This document shows positions 1 to 9,729 of a stretch of DNA of 62,628 nt, piece after piece (positions within the stretch are counted from its first letter, which is position 1; each line of letters opens with the position of its first letter). The translations under genes and the position numbers were made by a program. The notes under the pieces were generated by a model. The model was not told where the DNA came from. It searched no databases and saw nothing but the letters and a program-made list of their open reading frames with translations. Source of the DNA: an uncultured Candidatus Saccharibacteria bacterium (lineage in GTDB: Bacteria; Patescibacteriota; Saccharimonadia; Saccharimonadales; AWTP1-31); contig CAZXLT010000004.1 of the NCBI GenBank assembly GCA_964641545.1, forward strand, positions 1-62,628, given 5' to 3'.

Positions 1-127
1 CTAAACTCACCAAGTTGGTTCCTCTTCCGCAAAAACCATTCCCGCTTTATGCGGGGTAAACGCAAAACCTGCGCAACGATTCCCTAAAACAAGAAAACAA
101 CAGGGGTGATTGTATCATATCTTTGAA

Positions 128-159
128 CAAAAAAACAGCGCCGTGATTTTGCGGCGCTG
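128..159 (-). terminator. Intrinsic terminator downstream of the VWA surface protein gene
   Basis: 8-bp stem cagcgccg (136-143)/cggcgctg (152-159), followed on the minus strand by a T-run (135-128), just past the stop at 178. Confidence 0.75.
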
Positions 160-177
160 CTGCTGTTTATGTGAGTA

Positions 178-3100
178 TTAGTTTTCTGATTTTCGTGGAG
201 CCAGACCAAGTAGTGCGATGAGCAGTGTCATGCTGACGACTGAGATTGCTGTGAGCACTTTTGCGTAGCTTTGACCGGTCTCTGCAAGCACTGCCGGTGT
301 GCTGGCGGCAAGGACTTTGCCAATGCTTAGGCTGTGGCTGTCCTGAGCGCAAACTGGGTCACGCTCTTCTTTTGGTTGGTCGATGATGATATTCTCGAGA
401 CGGTACAGAATGATCTCTTCGTCCTCTTCGGCTTCATACCCACAAGCCTTTACTGTGTTGTCGACATTTGCTGTTTGGTTGGCAGGGATCGTGTAGTTGG
501 CTTTGTACACCCACGTTTCTGTTAGGTCGAGTTGGTCATTCAGGTTAGTGTCACCAGATACATAATTTGCGCTACCGGTGATTGAATCAACAACTGTAAG
601 CTCACCAACTGGCACGTCTCCTGTATTGGTCACGGTAAACGTGTACGTTACAGTGCTTCCTGCGAGTGCGGATGCTGGACCATCCTTCACAGCCTTGATT
701 GAGGCGTGGAGGACATCAAGCGTATGTGTGTCGGTGTCGGTAACTGTAGTGTCGTCGCAATCCGTACCACTTGCTGTAACTGTATTCGTTACATCTGCAG
801 ACTGCTGGGTAGGGATTGTGTACGTTGCCGTGCAATATGTTGACTCGCCTGGATCAAGCTCCGTGTCTCCGCAAAGTTCGTTTTCGGCAATGTCGTCGTC
901 GATACCTACATTCTTTAGTTTAGTATCACCAGTGTTGGTTACGGTGAAGTTGTAGACAACTACATCGCCTTCATGGGCAGTTGCTGGTCCACTCTTTTCA
1001 ACCTGAATACTTGGATGAGGAATATCGTTGTTTATGATGGTGCAGTACTTGGTTTCACCAAGTGCAATTGTGCCTGTACAGCCACCACTCCTTGTCTGCG
1101 TATATCCTTCGTGCTCTAATTCGTCTACATTGTAGCTGCCTTCATTCAAACCAACTGACACATAGCTGCTGCTGCCAGGAAAGTTTGGTAGGCTGGCTGA
1201 ATTTCCTGAGACTACCATCGTGAAGTCACTTGCAGTTCTCGTTCCGCTATTGTCGTTGATAACGACTTTCTTTACTTTGAGCTTGGGCTGAATAGCTTGG
1301 TTATTGACTGTGCAGTTGGCGTCACCGTCAAGACTTAGCAGCAAGCTGATGATCCCTTTATCGTACGTACAATCACCGGATACTCCAGTGAACTGGTAGC
1401 CTGCTTGTTGATTTTCTGAGATGACGTGTACACCTGCATCAAACTGAGTTGCAACACCGTGGGTTACTGAGTTGCCATCTACGAATAGAGGAAACGCGGT
1501 TGGAGCGAGGGGAGTTCCATATGGGTTTGAAACGCTCTTGTTAACAGTAATCTTACCGGCTTGGTCATCGTTTGTGATAGTGCAGACTACGGTTTGGTTA
1601 GCGCCCAGAACAACTGGGTGTGCAACAACTTGGTCATTAGCTTGGTCGACACATTTAAGTTCGGTTTGGGTGTAACCGCTTTTAACACCTTCGCTTACAG
1701 AGTATGTTCCGGTTGGCAGTGAATAGCTGGTGCCGCTCGCGGAGCCAGAAGCCGGGCTGCCACTTACATCACTGGCACCTTGCTTTACATGGAGAGTAAA
1801 ATCATCTGCCGTTGCAGTCCCACCATTGTTATTTACGACCTTCTTTTTAACTTTCAGGGTACCGGTGTCGCGTGCATTACACAGTGTTATTTCGGCTGTT
1901 TGGTTTGCGGTTACGCTAACGGCAACTGGCAAGGTTGTGCCTTGGGGGTTGCTGCACGACTGTTGTGCGCTGTTTGCCGTTGGGTACCAGCCTGTGAAGT
2001 GGTAGCCTGCAATATTATTTTCGCTTACGTTGTGGTTGCCTGTTGAGGCATTGCTGACGGTCGAACCCATAGTATTCGACCCAGATCCATCAAGTGCCCA
2101 GCGGAAACCGAGGTTGTTAGCTTCGGTGTTGCCTCCCTCGTAGATGCCGTTACCATCAGCATCAACTTGCTTGTTAACTTTTACTGAGCCTTTGCTTGGC
2201 TTGTTAATGAACACGCACGATACGATATTTTCATTCGCCACGCTGACACCAACTACGCTATTTCCTTGTACTGAACCATTGCTTGCAGCACCATCACAAC
2301 TAGCATAGATAAGGTCGTAGCCAGCTTGAGGTGTCTCGTTAACACTATATGTTCCGGCGTCAACTTTGACGGCTACAGTTTGACCGCTTACGCCAGTAAC
2401 AGCTGGTGCTGGGTTGCTTGGGGTTCCATTGATATCGAATGTCCAGTTTTGACCAGGTGTTTGGTCTCCCTTGGTGTTGAGGTCGCCATCTTGGTCGATA
2501 ATTTTCTTTGTCGTAATGGTGCCACCACACGTTTGCTTGGCGAAGGTTGCAAGATCGTCCGCAAGTTCGTCAAATTCTGAGGTAATGACATCTGAGGTTA
2601 GAACATTACCAGTGTTGACATTTGGTCCGGAAATAGCTTGCAAGCGAGTGGTAGTTGAAAAACCAATGCCTAGAGCAAGAATACGGCTCCCACCACTTTT
2701 AATGCTGTCAGCTTGTGTTACTGCGGGCGCCAGATGGGCGTTTGGCTGATCATTATCAAATGGACCTGCAGAGCTGATGGTTGGGTCACCATCAGAAGCA
2801 AAGAGTATAAGGTTTGGGTTGGTGCGATTTGGTAAAGTGCTGTTAGCTTTGATGAGGCCATCTTCCCAGTTTGTGTACTGAGGGTTAGGGGAGATGGGTG
2901 TATTAGGAATGCCATTGATAGCAGCATTTACGGTGGCAGTATTAGCGGTAAAACCTTGCAGTACGCTTGCGCTAGTTCCAAAAGAAGTAACCGAAAATTG
3001 AGTTGGCGTACCAGCCAGCGCATTAGTAAAGTCGGTCATGGCTGACTTCATTTGGGTTAACTCGCCGTTATTAATGCTGGATGAGCGATCAATAACAATA

Positions 3101-3303
3101 GCGATGTCAAGACCGCAGGACTGAGTTAGTGTTGGATTTGCAACCGGCTGATTTACTGCAGCATGCGCTGTTGCTGGATTTAGCAACAATGCTAGGGGAG
3201 CAAATGTTTGAATCCCTACAAAAGCAGCTGCTACTGCTGCACTCTTAGCTCGTTTAAGAAAGCTCCGTACTTTCGATGAGCGTTTATAATTTGCACGCAC
3301 CAT
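178..3303 (-). CDS. Cell-surface adhesin-like protein: signal peptide, VWA domain, prealbumin/SpaA-like and DUF11/DUF7507-like repeats, C-terminal LxxTG anchor
   Basis: MIDAS DRSSS plus SDGDP; repeated beta-rich modules (G.L.V.K.V...G, KSGP..A..G..V.Y.FTVTNTGD); C-terminal LAETG + hydrophobic helix + RK tail; SD AGGAGG upstream. Confidence 0.8.
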   Translation of the reverse strand: MVRANYKRSSKVRSFLKRAKSAAVAAAFVGIQTFAPLALLLNPATAHAAVNQPVANPTLTQSCGLDIAIVIDRSSSINNGELTQMKSAMTDFTNALAGTPTQFSVTSFGTSASVLQGFTANTATVNAAINGIPNTPISPNPQYTNWEDGLIKANSTLPNRTNPNLILFASDGDPTISSAGPFDNDQPNAHLAPAVTQADSIKSGGSRILALGIGFSTTTRLQAISGPNVNTGNVLTSDVITSEFDELADDLATFAKQTCGGTITTKKIIDQDGDLNTKGDQTPGQNWTFDINGTPSNPAPAVTGVSGQTVAVKVDAGTYSVNETPQAGYDLIYASCDGAASNGSVQGNSVVGVSVANENIVSCVFINKPSKGSVKVNKQVDADGNGIYEGGNTEANNLGFRWALDGSGSNTMGSTVSNASTGNHNVSENNIAGYHFTGWYPTANSAQQSCSNPQGTTLPVAVSVTANQTAEITLCNARDTGTLKVKKKVVNNNGGTATADDFTLHVKQGASDVSGSPASGSASGTSYSLPTGTYSVSEGVKSGYTQTELKCVDQANDQVVAHPVVLGANQTVVCTITNDDQAGKITVNKSVSNPYGTPLAPTAFPLFVDGNSVTHGVATQFDAGVHVISENQQAGYQFTGVSGDCTYDKGIISLLLSLDGDANCTVNNQAIQPKLKVKKVVINDNSGTRTASDFTMVVSGNSASLPNFPGSSSYVSVGLNEGSYNVDELEHEGYTQTRSGGCTGTIALGETKYCTIINNDIPHPSIQVEKSGPATAHEGDVVVYNFTVTNTGDTKLKNVGIDDDIAENELCGDTELDPGESTYCTATYTIPTQQSADVTNTVTASGTDCDDTTVTDTDTHTLDVLHASIKAVKDGPASALAGSTVTYTFTVTNTGDVPVGELTVVDSITGSANYVSGDTNLNDQLDLTETWVYKANYTIPANQTANVDNTVKACGYEAEEDEEIILYRLENIIIDQPKEERDPVCAQDSHSLSIGKVLAASTPAVLAETGQSYAKVLTAISVVSMTLLIALLGLAPRKSEN

Positions 3304-3405
3304 ACCAACCTCCTGTTATTTCGTAAATAAACCCTATAAGTTCAATATCCCACCTAGTTGGCAAAAAAGCAAGTATTATTGTTTGATAAGCTTAAGCGTA
3401 TTCTA

Positions 3406-4923
3406 TTAGATCTCATGCAACAGCGTGATATTTGCACCCAGCTTGTTTAAGCGGTTGGCAAGGTCTTCGTATCCACGATTAATAGAATAAACGTTTCGCA
3501 ACATAGAGACCCCCGGTGCAGCTAGCATGCCGATGAGTAGTAAAACAGCTGGACGGAGAGCAGGAGGGCATACAATATCGGCGGCGACAAATTTAGTCGG
3601 ACCATCCACAAAAGCGCGGTGTGGGTCTGCTAAGGTCACGTTTACATTCAACTTGCGTAACTCCGTGTAGTACAGCGCGCGTTCTTCGTAGACCCAGTCG
3701 TGAATAAGCGTTCGACCTTTGGCAACGGCGGCGATAGGTACAAAGTACGGAAGGTTATCTATGTTAACCCCTGGAAAAGGACGGGCATAGATTTTTTCGT
3801 CTAAGGCTACCAGTTCACCATTGTGTTTGTGAATAGTAATGTCGCATAAGTTGGTGTGTCCGTTTTCTGCCTTGTAAGGTTTACTTTGTGTAACCTTCAG
3901 CCCCATTTTCCTTAATTTCAGCAGCTCAAGTTCTACAAACTCAATCGGACTTCGCTTGATAGTCAGTTCAGAGTTGGTTGCAACAGCAGCGGCAATAAAC
4001 GTCATAGATTCTATTGGGTCTTCGCTCGGCGCATAGGTGATGTTCTTTTTGATTTCCTTTACGCCGGTGACGCGTAGGGTGCTGGTTCCTACACCTTCAA
4101 TCTTTACGCCTAGCCGACGCAGGAAGAAGCATACATCCTGAACCATGTAGTTGGCGCTGGCCATTTTAATAATAATTTCCTTGTCAAAGCGTGCTGCTGC
4201 CATCAGTAGGTTCTCGGTTGTCGTATCGCCCGATTCGTACAGGATAATCTCGGGTGTGTGTTTCTTGTTGACGGTTACATTGTAGTGGCCGGTCTTGGCA
4301 ACAATATTTACGCCAAGCTCTTCCAGGGCGAATAGATGGGGCTGTACTGTGCGCGTACCGAGCTTACAGCCACCTGCATAAGGTATTTTGAATTCATCGA
4401 ATAGATGCATTAGTGGTCCAAGCATCATCAGTACGCTTCGGGTCTTGCGTGCAGCAACTTTATTCATCTTGTCCAGTTCAAGCTTTGCTGGCGGCTTAAT
4501 TTCTAGGTCATCACCAACCCATTTAACATGAACGCCGACGCTAATGAGCACTTCGATAATGCGATTTACTTCCTCGATACGGGGCATTTGTTTTAGTCGG
4601 GTTGTCCCTTTGTTTAACAGAGATGCAAACAACAAAGCAACGGCTGCGTTTTTTGAAACTTTTGTGTCGATGCTTCCTTTGAGCTCATGACCACCTTCAA
4701 CACGGAAGTTAAGAGAACTCCCGGATATATTAATAATAGGCTTGTTTAATACATCACTAATGCGTCCAAGGGTTTCCAGGCTAAGATTCTGTTTGCCATG
4801 TTCAATACGGTTGACCGCTGATTGACTGGTGTGGAGCAGGTGCGCAAAAGCAGCTTGCGTGAGGCCTCTCTCTTGTCGTATCTGATAAATTAATTGACCA
4901 ATTTTTTCGTTGGTTGTTGCCAT
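3406..4923 (-). CDS. murA: UDP-N-acetylglucosamine 1-carboxyvinyltransferase with N-terminal XRE-type HTH
   Basis: SKNAA, GGCKLGTR (catalytic Cys loop), RPFPG, LRPA motifs; the first ~65 aa are an XRE HTH (IRQERGLTQAAFA..TSQSAVNRIEHG). Confidence 0.9.
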   Translation of the reverse strand: MATTNEKIGQLIYQIRQERGLTQAAFAHLLHTSQSAVNRIEHGKQNLSLETLGRISDVLNKPIINISGSSLNFRVEGGHELKGSIDTKVSKNAAVALLFASLLNKGTTRLKQMPRIEEVNRIIEVLISVGVHVKWVGDDLEIKPPAKLELDKMNKVAARKTRSVLMMLGPLMHLFDEFKIPYAGGCKLGTRTVQPHLFALEELGVNIVAKTGHYNVTVNKKHTPEIILYESGDTTTENLLMAAARFDKEIIIKMASANYMVQDVCFFLRRLGVKIEGVGTSTLRVTGVKEIKKNITYAPSEDPIESMTFIAAAVATNSELTIKRSPIEFVELELLKLRKMGLKVTQSKPYKAENGHTNLCDITIHKHNGELVALDEKIYARPFPGVNIDNLPYFVPIAAVAKGRTLIHDWVYEERALYYTELRKLNVNVTLADPHRAFVDGPTKFVAADIVCPPALRPAVLLLIGMLAAPGVSMLRNVYSINRGYEDLANRLNKLGANITLLHEI

Positions 4924-5066
4924 GTAACAACAATTATATCCCGCATGATATACCAGTCAAGCTAAAAAAGCATAAGAAATTTACAGTTTTTTGTCTGCTA
5001 CAATAAGGTCATGATCTAACTTTTTCTACTTTAAACGGCAAAAGTTATTAGATTTGGGAGAAGAAC

Positions 5067-6326
5067 ATGAAGGACAAAACGATTGAGGAGTTAATTAAGG
5101 CCGAGGCTAAACGACAAGCCGAAGGCTTGGAAATGATTCCGAGTGAAAACCACACATCGGCGGACGTATTGGCGGCGCTCGGCTCACGTCTGACTGACAA
5201 ATATTCCGAAGGATATCCCGGTCAACGCTATTACGGAGGGTGTGAAGTTGTTGATAAGGTTGAGAATCTGGCACGGGACCGGGCAAAAAAATTATTTGGC
5301 GTAACACATGCCAATGTTCAGCCATACTCTGGAAGTCCGGCAAATCAAGCGATTTATTTTGCTCTCGTTGACCCGGGCGATACGGTCATGGGGATGAGCT
5401 TGTTTTACGGCGGCCACATGACGCACGGTCTAAAGGTCAATTTTTCGGGTACCTTGTACCGCTCTGTACAGTACACAACCAACAAAGATGGATTCATGGA
5501 TTACGATGCGATTGCAACTTTAGCGCAGAAAGAAAAACCAAAGCTAATCGTGGCAGGTACCACTGCCTACCCACGCATTATTGACTGGAAAAAACTCCGC
5601 GTTATTGCTGACTCGGTGGGTGCATTTTTAGCTGCAGATATTTCCCATATTACCGGGCTAATTATTGCGGGCGTACATCCTGCTCCGTTTGGAATTGCTG
5701 ATGTTACTATGACAACCACGCATAAAACTTTACGTGGTCCACGTGGTGCGTTATTGCTGGCAAACGGTTTACCGTCGAACCCGCTCAAGAAACCAGAGCG
5801 AACTGCAGAAAACATTCCATCACTACTTGATAGAGCAATTATCCCAGGGCTTCAAGGTGGACCACATAATCACCAGACAGCCGCAATCGCTGTTGCTTTG
5901 CAAGAAGCATCGCAGCCGGAATTTAAAGAATACGGAAAACAAATTGCAAAGAATGCCAAGAAGCTATCCAAAGAGCTCATGAATCGTGGGTACAATCTTG
6001 TCACCGGAGGAACGGACAATCACCTGATGGTTGTTGATCTGACCAACAAAAATCTGAGTGGCAAAGAGGGCGAAACCGCATTAGGTAAGGCTGGCATTAC
6101 GGTCAATAAGAATACGGTGCCGTTTGACCCCCGTTCCCCATATGATCCAAGTGGTGTCCGGCTCGGAACACCAGCTCTAACAACCCGTGGTATGAAAGAA
6201 CCAGAGATGATTATGGTCGCAGATTGGATCGATCAGGCGCTGAGTGCTTCTACAAACGAAAAAATGCTCGCTAAAATTCATAACGAAATCAAGGCATTTG
6301 CTGCAAAATTCCCGCTACCTTCCTAG
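5067..6326 (+). CDS. glyA: Serine hydroxymethyltransferase
   Basis: IPSEN, YSEGYPGQRYYGG, NVQPYSGSPAN, TTTHKTLRGPRG (PLP lysine), GGTDNHL, SGVRLGT. Confidence 0.97.
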   Translation: MKDKTIEELIKAEAKRQAEGLEMIPSENHTSADVLAALGSRLTDKYSEGYPGQRYYGGCEVVDKVENLARDRAKKLFGVTHANVQPYSGSPANQAIYFALVDPGDTVMGMSLFYGGHMTHGLKVNFSGTLYRSVQYTTNKDGFMDYDAIATLAQKEKPKLIVAGTTAYPRIIDWKKLRVIADSVGAFLAADISHITGLIIAGVHPAPFGIADVTMTTTHKTLRGPRGALLLANGLPSNPLKKPERTAENIPSLLDRAIIPGLQGGPHNHQTAAIAVALQEASQPEFKEYGKQIAKNAKKLSKELMNRGYNLVTGGTDNHLMVVDLTNKNLSGKEGETALGKAGITVNKNTVPFDPRSPYDPSGVRLGTPALTTRGMKEPEMIMVADWIDQALSASTNEKMLAKIHNEIKAFAAKFPLPS

Positions 6327-6850
6327 GTGATTCCAAATAGACCAAGTGAAAAGCCTTTGCTGAGACCTTGCTTGGGTTTTGGCGGCATGCCAAAATTGAC
6401 AAGCGTGCGCACGTCCTGAAAAAGGACGTCACGAAAAACGCGCATTGCACCGATCGCGACACCATCATCTTCAAGGCGATCACGTAAAGCAAGCTCGGAT
6501 AACCCGGTCAACACAAAAGGATGCTCAAACTCACGCATGCCGGTAATTTCTAGCATTCGTTGACGTCTTGATTCCTGCTCGACAGCTACTGTATCGGCGA
6601 GTACTGAAGCGCGAAGTGATGTGTCTGCATCCCAGCATAATATTTCGGATGCAACGGCTTCAACACCTGTTGCGAGCACACCCGCTCTTTTCCGGACCAC
6701 ATCGTAAGCAGTAGGCTTGTCGTTACTTACTGTAAAAAATGTAACCGAATCAAAAAACTCCCCACGGGGAGCTTCAAGCCCGGCAATTGCTTGAGCGACG
6801 TCAGCAGAGAGAATAGTAGGGTCAATGGCTCTCTCTGGCACCGACAACAT
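6323..6850 (-). CDS. Hypothetical protein
   Basis: Open frame convergent on glyA; start placed at ATG 6850 because TACAAT lies 7 nt upstream (the ORF track extends it to 6919). Confidence 0.5.
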   Translation of the reverse strand: MLSVPERAIDPTILSADVAQAIAGLEAPRGEFFDSVTFFTVSNDKPTAYDVVRKRAGVLATGVEAVASEILCWDADTSLRASVLADTVAVEQESRRQRMLEITGMREFEHPFVLTGLSELALRDRLEDDGVAIGAMRVFRDVLFQDVRTLVNFGMPPKPKQGLSKGFSLGLFGIT

Positions 6851-7032
6851 AAGCACGATTGTACGTCTGTTTTGCCAGCCTGCCAAGAAACTTACCAAAA
6901 ATAACAACAAGAGCAGCACAGGGTGTTCAAACCTACGTTCGGTTGATTCCGTCTCGCGAATCCTTTACGCATGCTAGGGCTTTGTTAAGAGGTGATGAGA
7001 CCAGAAGCATATACCAATTACATGCCAGCCAA

Positions 7033-8058
7033 TTAAGCTGTCTCAGGTTCTTGTACTAGCTTAATTTCAAACTTTTCTTCCACCTGTTGTTGAATGAACT
7101 TCTTAAATTTCAGTAAATCTTTCGTACTTTTAGCACGCTCATTTACGAGCACCAGCGGTTGCAGATGCCAGGTTGCCATGCCGGTTTTCTTATCGTGATA
7201 GTCCTTTAATCCTGCTTGCTCAATAAGCCACGCGGCAGAAATCTTATACTTATTATCTTGTGTCTTCCAATTCGGAGCACCGGGGTGTTTTTTTATAAAT
7301 CCTTTGAAGAACGAAATAGAAACAATTGGATTTGCAAAGAATGAACCGGTATTGGCAACCTTGGCGGGGTCTGGAAGCTTTGATGTACGGATCGCTATAA
7401 CTACCTGACGAAGTACCTTTGGTGTAACCACCTGAATTTTATGGTCATGTAAGTACTGCGACACTGCAAGGTAGTACGGTGGTCGTGGGTTTATGCGTGA
7501 TAGCAAAAACGTAAGTTCAACGATTAAAAATCTGTTTTTATCCTTGGTTTTAAATCTGCTGGTACGATAACCAAACTCACAGTCTTCAGCATTAATTGTT
7601 ACGAAACGTTCGTGCTCAGTGTCGTATGCCTCTAGGCTCACGAGGGTTTGTGACATGTCTTGACCATATGCACCAACATTTTGGATTGGTGTAGCCCCGG
7701 CCGTTCCGGGAATAAGACTTAGTGCCTCAATACCATGTAGACCTGCGGCAACTGTTCGTTGTACGCACTCGTCCCAGTTCTCTCCTGCCCCCATAGTAAC
7801 GTAGCTGTAGTGTTCGTCTTCGGGTACTATCTTAAAGCCGCTGATTCTATTGACGATAACAAGTCCTGCAAATCCATCATCGGTCCATATGATATTACTC
7901 CCGTTGCCGATAACTTTGACAGGTAGTTTCTGCTCTTTGGCCCACTGTACTGCGTTGGTGAGTTCATGCTTATCACCAGCCTCAACCAAATGTTTAGCTT
8001 TGCCCCCCAGACGCATTGTGGAATGTTGTGTAAGTGGTACGCCGTTTTTAACCCTCAT
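7033..8058 (-). CDS. murB: UDP-N-acetylenolpyruvoylglucosamine reductase
   Basis: IGNGSNIIW, LSLIPGTAGATPIQNVGAYG, FGYRTSRFK, NTGSFFANP, QPLVLVN, LVQEP. Confidence 0.95.
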   Translation of the reverse strand: MRVKNGVPLTQHSTMRLGGKAKHLVEAGDKHELTNAVQWAKEQKLPVKVIGNGSNIIWTDDGFAGLVIVNRISGFKIVPEDEHYSYVTMGAGENWDECVQRTVAAGLHGIEALSLIPGTAGATPIQNVGAYGQDMSQTLVSLEAYDTEHERFVTINAEDCEFGYRTSRFKTKDKNRFLIVELTFLLSRINPRPPYYLAVSQYLHDHKIQVVTPKVLRQVVIAIRTSKLPDPAKVANTGSFFANPIVSISFFKGFIKKHPGAPNWKTQDNKYKISAAWLIEQAGLKDYHDKKTGMATWHLQPLVLVNERAKSTKDLLKFKKFIQQQVEEKFEIKLVQEPETA

Positions 8059-8123
8059 GCTTATATAGTATACGTGAAAATTTCGGCTTGCACTGTTTGC
8101 AGTTTGGGAGGTAATATTGTGTC

Positions 8124-8693
8124 ATGAACAGGGAGAAAGCCTCACGCCGGCCGTATCGTCAACTGGGCAGCAAGCTTCGTTCAGTGCGTGAGCGACAGAA
8201 ACAAAGCGTTGCGGAAGTGTCTGGTGCTGTTGAAATAGACAATGCATTACTGGAAAAAATTGAGTTAGGGCATGAACGCCCCAGCGAGGATATCCTGATG
8301 CTAATTATTAGCTACTTTGACATTAAAGAAGATGAGGCTGCTGTGTTATGGCAACTCGCTGGCTACAACGAAGAGCCTGGGCAGGATGAAGCAAAGACAA
8401 CGTTTGAGCTCAATCAACCTGTTGCCATGCTCATGCCAGTTGATTTACGAATTGTATATTCAGATATGGTGCATGTGGCGGTTAATAAATTTGGCGTGGT
8501 TATGAATTTTATGCAAAGTGGCGGCAAAGGAAGCCAGCCGCTCGCTATATCACGGATTGGTATGAGCAAAGAGCACGCCCAAAGCGTTGCTGATCTTTTG
8601 CAACAGTCGCTCTATCCTGAGCCGAATACACCGAAAGCTCTGCCTGGGCCTTCGGAAAAAAGAGCTAAGAGACGTCACGACAATGGTTCTTAG
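8124..8693 (+). CDS. XRE-family HTH protein with DUF3467-like C-terminal domain
   Basis: N-terminal HTH (LRSVRERQKQSVAEVSGAVEID...LEKIELG); C-terminal VYSDMVHV...MNFMQ...SRIGMSKEHA. Confidence 0.7.
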   Translation: MNREKASRRPYRQLGSKLRSVRERQKQSVAEVSGAVEIDNALLEKIELGHERPSEDILMLIISYFDIKEDEAAVLWQLAGYNEEPGQDEAKTTFELNQPVAMLMPVDLRIVYSDMVHVAVNKFGVVMNFMQSGGKGSQPLAISRIGMSKEHAQSVADLLQQSLYPEPNTPKALPGPSEKRAKRRHDNGS

Positions 8694-9201
8694 GCCAGGG
8701 GGTAGCTCCAGTTCACAAAGCGAAAGGGCACCGAACTCTGAGGATGACCAAAACGCTCGAACTAGAACGGCTTTTGAAAGACTATTTGCTCGCGACAGAA
8801 ACAAGGAACCAAAACAACGCCTAACGTTTACTGAATTCACCGGGCGTGCTGTTGTCTCGGGTGTTGTTTCCGTCGTACTTATACTAGTGGCAGGAAACGA
8901 ATTTAGCGCGCGTACTGATGGTTTAGCGAATCGAATGGACAAAATCATCGATCTTGGTGCGGATTTACAAGAGCAGACAACGGAGGTGGTAGAGACATTC
9001 TGCGCGGGCATAGAAGAAACGGGAGCAAAAATGGACGGCGTGAGTAGTACAGGAAGAAGATTTATTCGCGAGATCAATGCCTTAAGAGAGCAGCTTGGTA
9101 TAACGACAACTAGTACCAGCAGTACAACAGTCGTCCCTGCAGCTGTTGCGGCGCCGACTACCACAACTACAACGCTTGCGCCAAATCAGTACTGCAATTA
9201 G
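8683..9201 (+). CDS. Hypothetical single-pass membrane protein with Thr-rich tail
   Basis: ATG overlapping the end of the upstream gene; TM segment AVVSGVVSVVLILVAG; competes with a 204-aa antisense ORF. Confidence 0.5.
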   Translation: MVLRPGGSSSSQSERAPNSEDDQNARTRTAFERLFARDRNKEPKQRLTFTEFTGRAVVSGVVSVVLILVAGNEFSARTDGLANRMDKIIDLGADLQEQTTEVVETFCAGIEETGAKMDGVSSTGRRFIREINALREQLGITTTSTSSTTVVPAAVAAPTTTTTTLAPNQYCN

Positions 9202-9217
9202 GTGCTATACTGCTGGT

Positions 9218-9604
9218 ATGACCGAAGCATTTCGGAAGTTCGCTCAAAAAGTTTCAGTAGTCGTTGGTTCTGCCCCAACGTTTGTTCTGGCTTTTATGAT
9301 AATTGTGGCATGGGCATTCACTGGGCCAATTTTTGGATTCTCTGACACGTGGCAGCTTGTTATCAATACAGGCACAACCATTGTTACATTTCTAATGGTT
9401 TTTTTAATTCAAAATACTCAAAACCGGGATGCCCGAGCCATGCAGCTTAAACTTGACGAACTGATCGAGACGCAAAAAGGCGCTTCGCACCAGTACGTTA
9501 ACCTAGAAGATCTATCAGATAAAGAGTTAGACCGCTTACACAATCATTTTCAAGAACTGCACGATCGTATAGAAAAACACCGCAAGCAACGAAAAAGCTC
9601 ATAA
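9218..9604 (+). CDS. Low-affinity iron permease (Fet4-like) family small membrane protein
   Basis: WAFTGPIFGFSDTWQLVINTGTTIVTFLMVFLIQNTQNRD...QLKLDELI family signature; TATACT 6 nt upstream of ATG 9218. Confidence 0.85.
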   Translation: MTEAFRKFAQKVSVVVGSAPTFVLAFMIIVAWAFTGPIFGFSDTWQLVINTGTTIVTFLMVFLIQNTQNRDARAMQLKLDELIETQKGASHQYVNLEDLSDKELDRLHNHFQELHDRIEKHRKQRKSS

Positions 9605-9633
9605 AATTTGCTCTGTTAACTTCGGTCACAAGG

Positions 9634-9642
9634 TGGTATAAT
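9634..9642 (+). promoter_or_regulatory. Extended -10 promoter for tRNA-Arg
   Basis: TGgTATAAT 10 nt upstream of the tRNA. Confidence 0.65.
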
Positions 9643-9652
9643 CTGCGCTTAT

Positions 9653-9729
9653 GCACCCGTAGCTCAATTGGATAGAGCGTCTGTCTTCGGAACAGAAGGT
9701 TAGGGGTTCGAGTCCCTTCGGGTGTACCA
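9653..9729 (+). tRNA. tRNA-Arg (anticodon TCG)
   Basis: Acceptor GCACCCG/CGGGTGT, D-arm AGCTCAATTGGATAGAGC, anticodon arm TCTGT-CT TCG GA-ACAGA, T-arm GGTTCGAGTCC, encoded CCA. Confidence 0.95.

Noticed and set aside
8550-9164. 204-aa minus-strand ORF
   Set aside because: It is antisense to a plus-strand ORF that fits the operon and has a TM segment. The hydrophobic look is a mirror of the Thr-rich tail.
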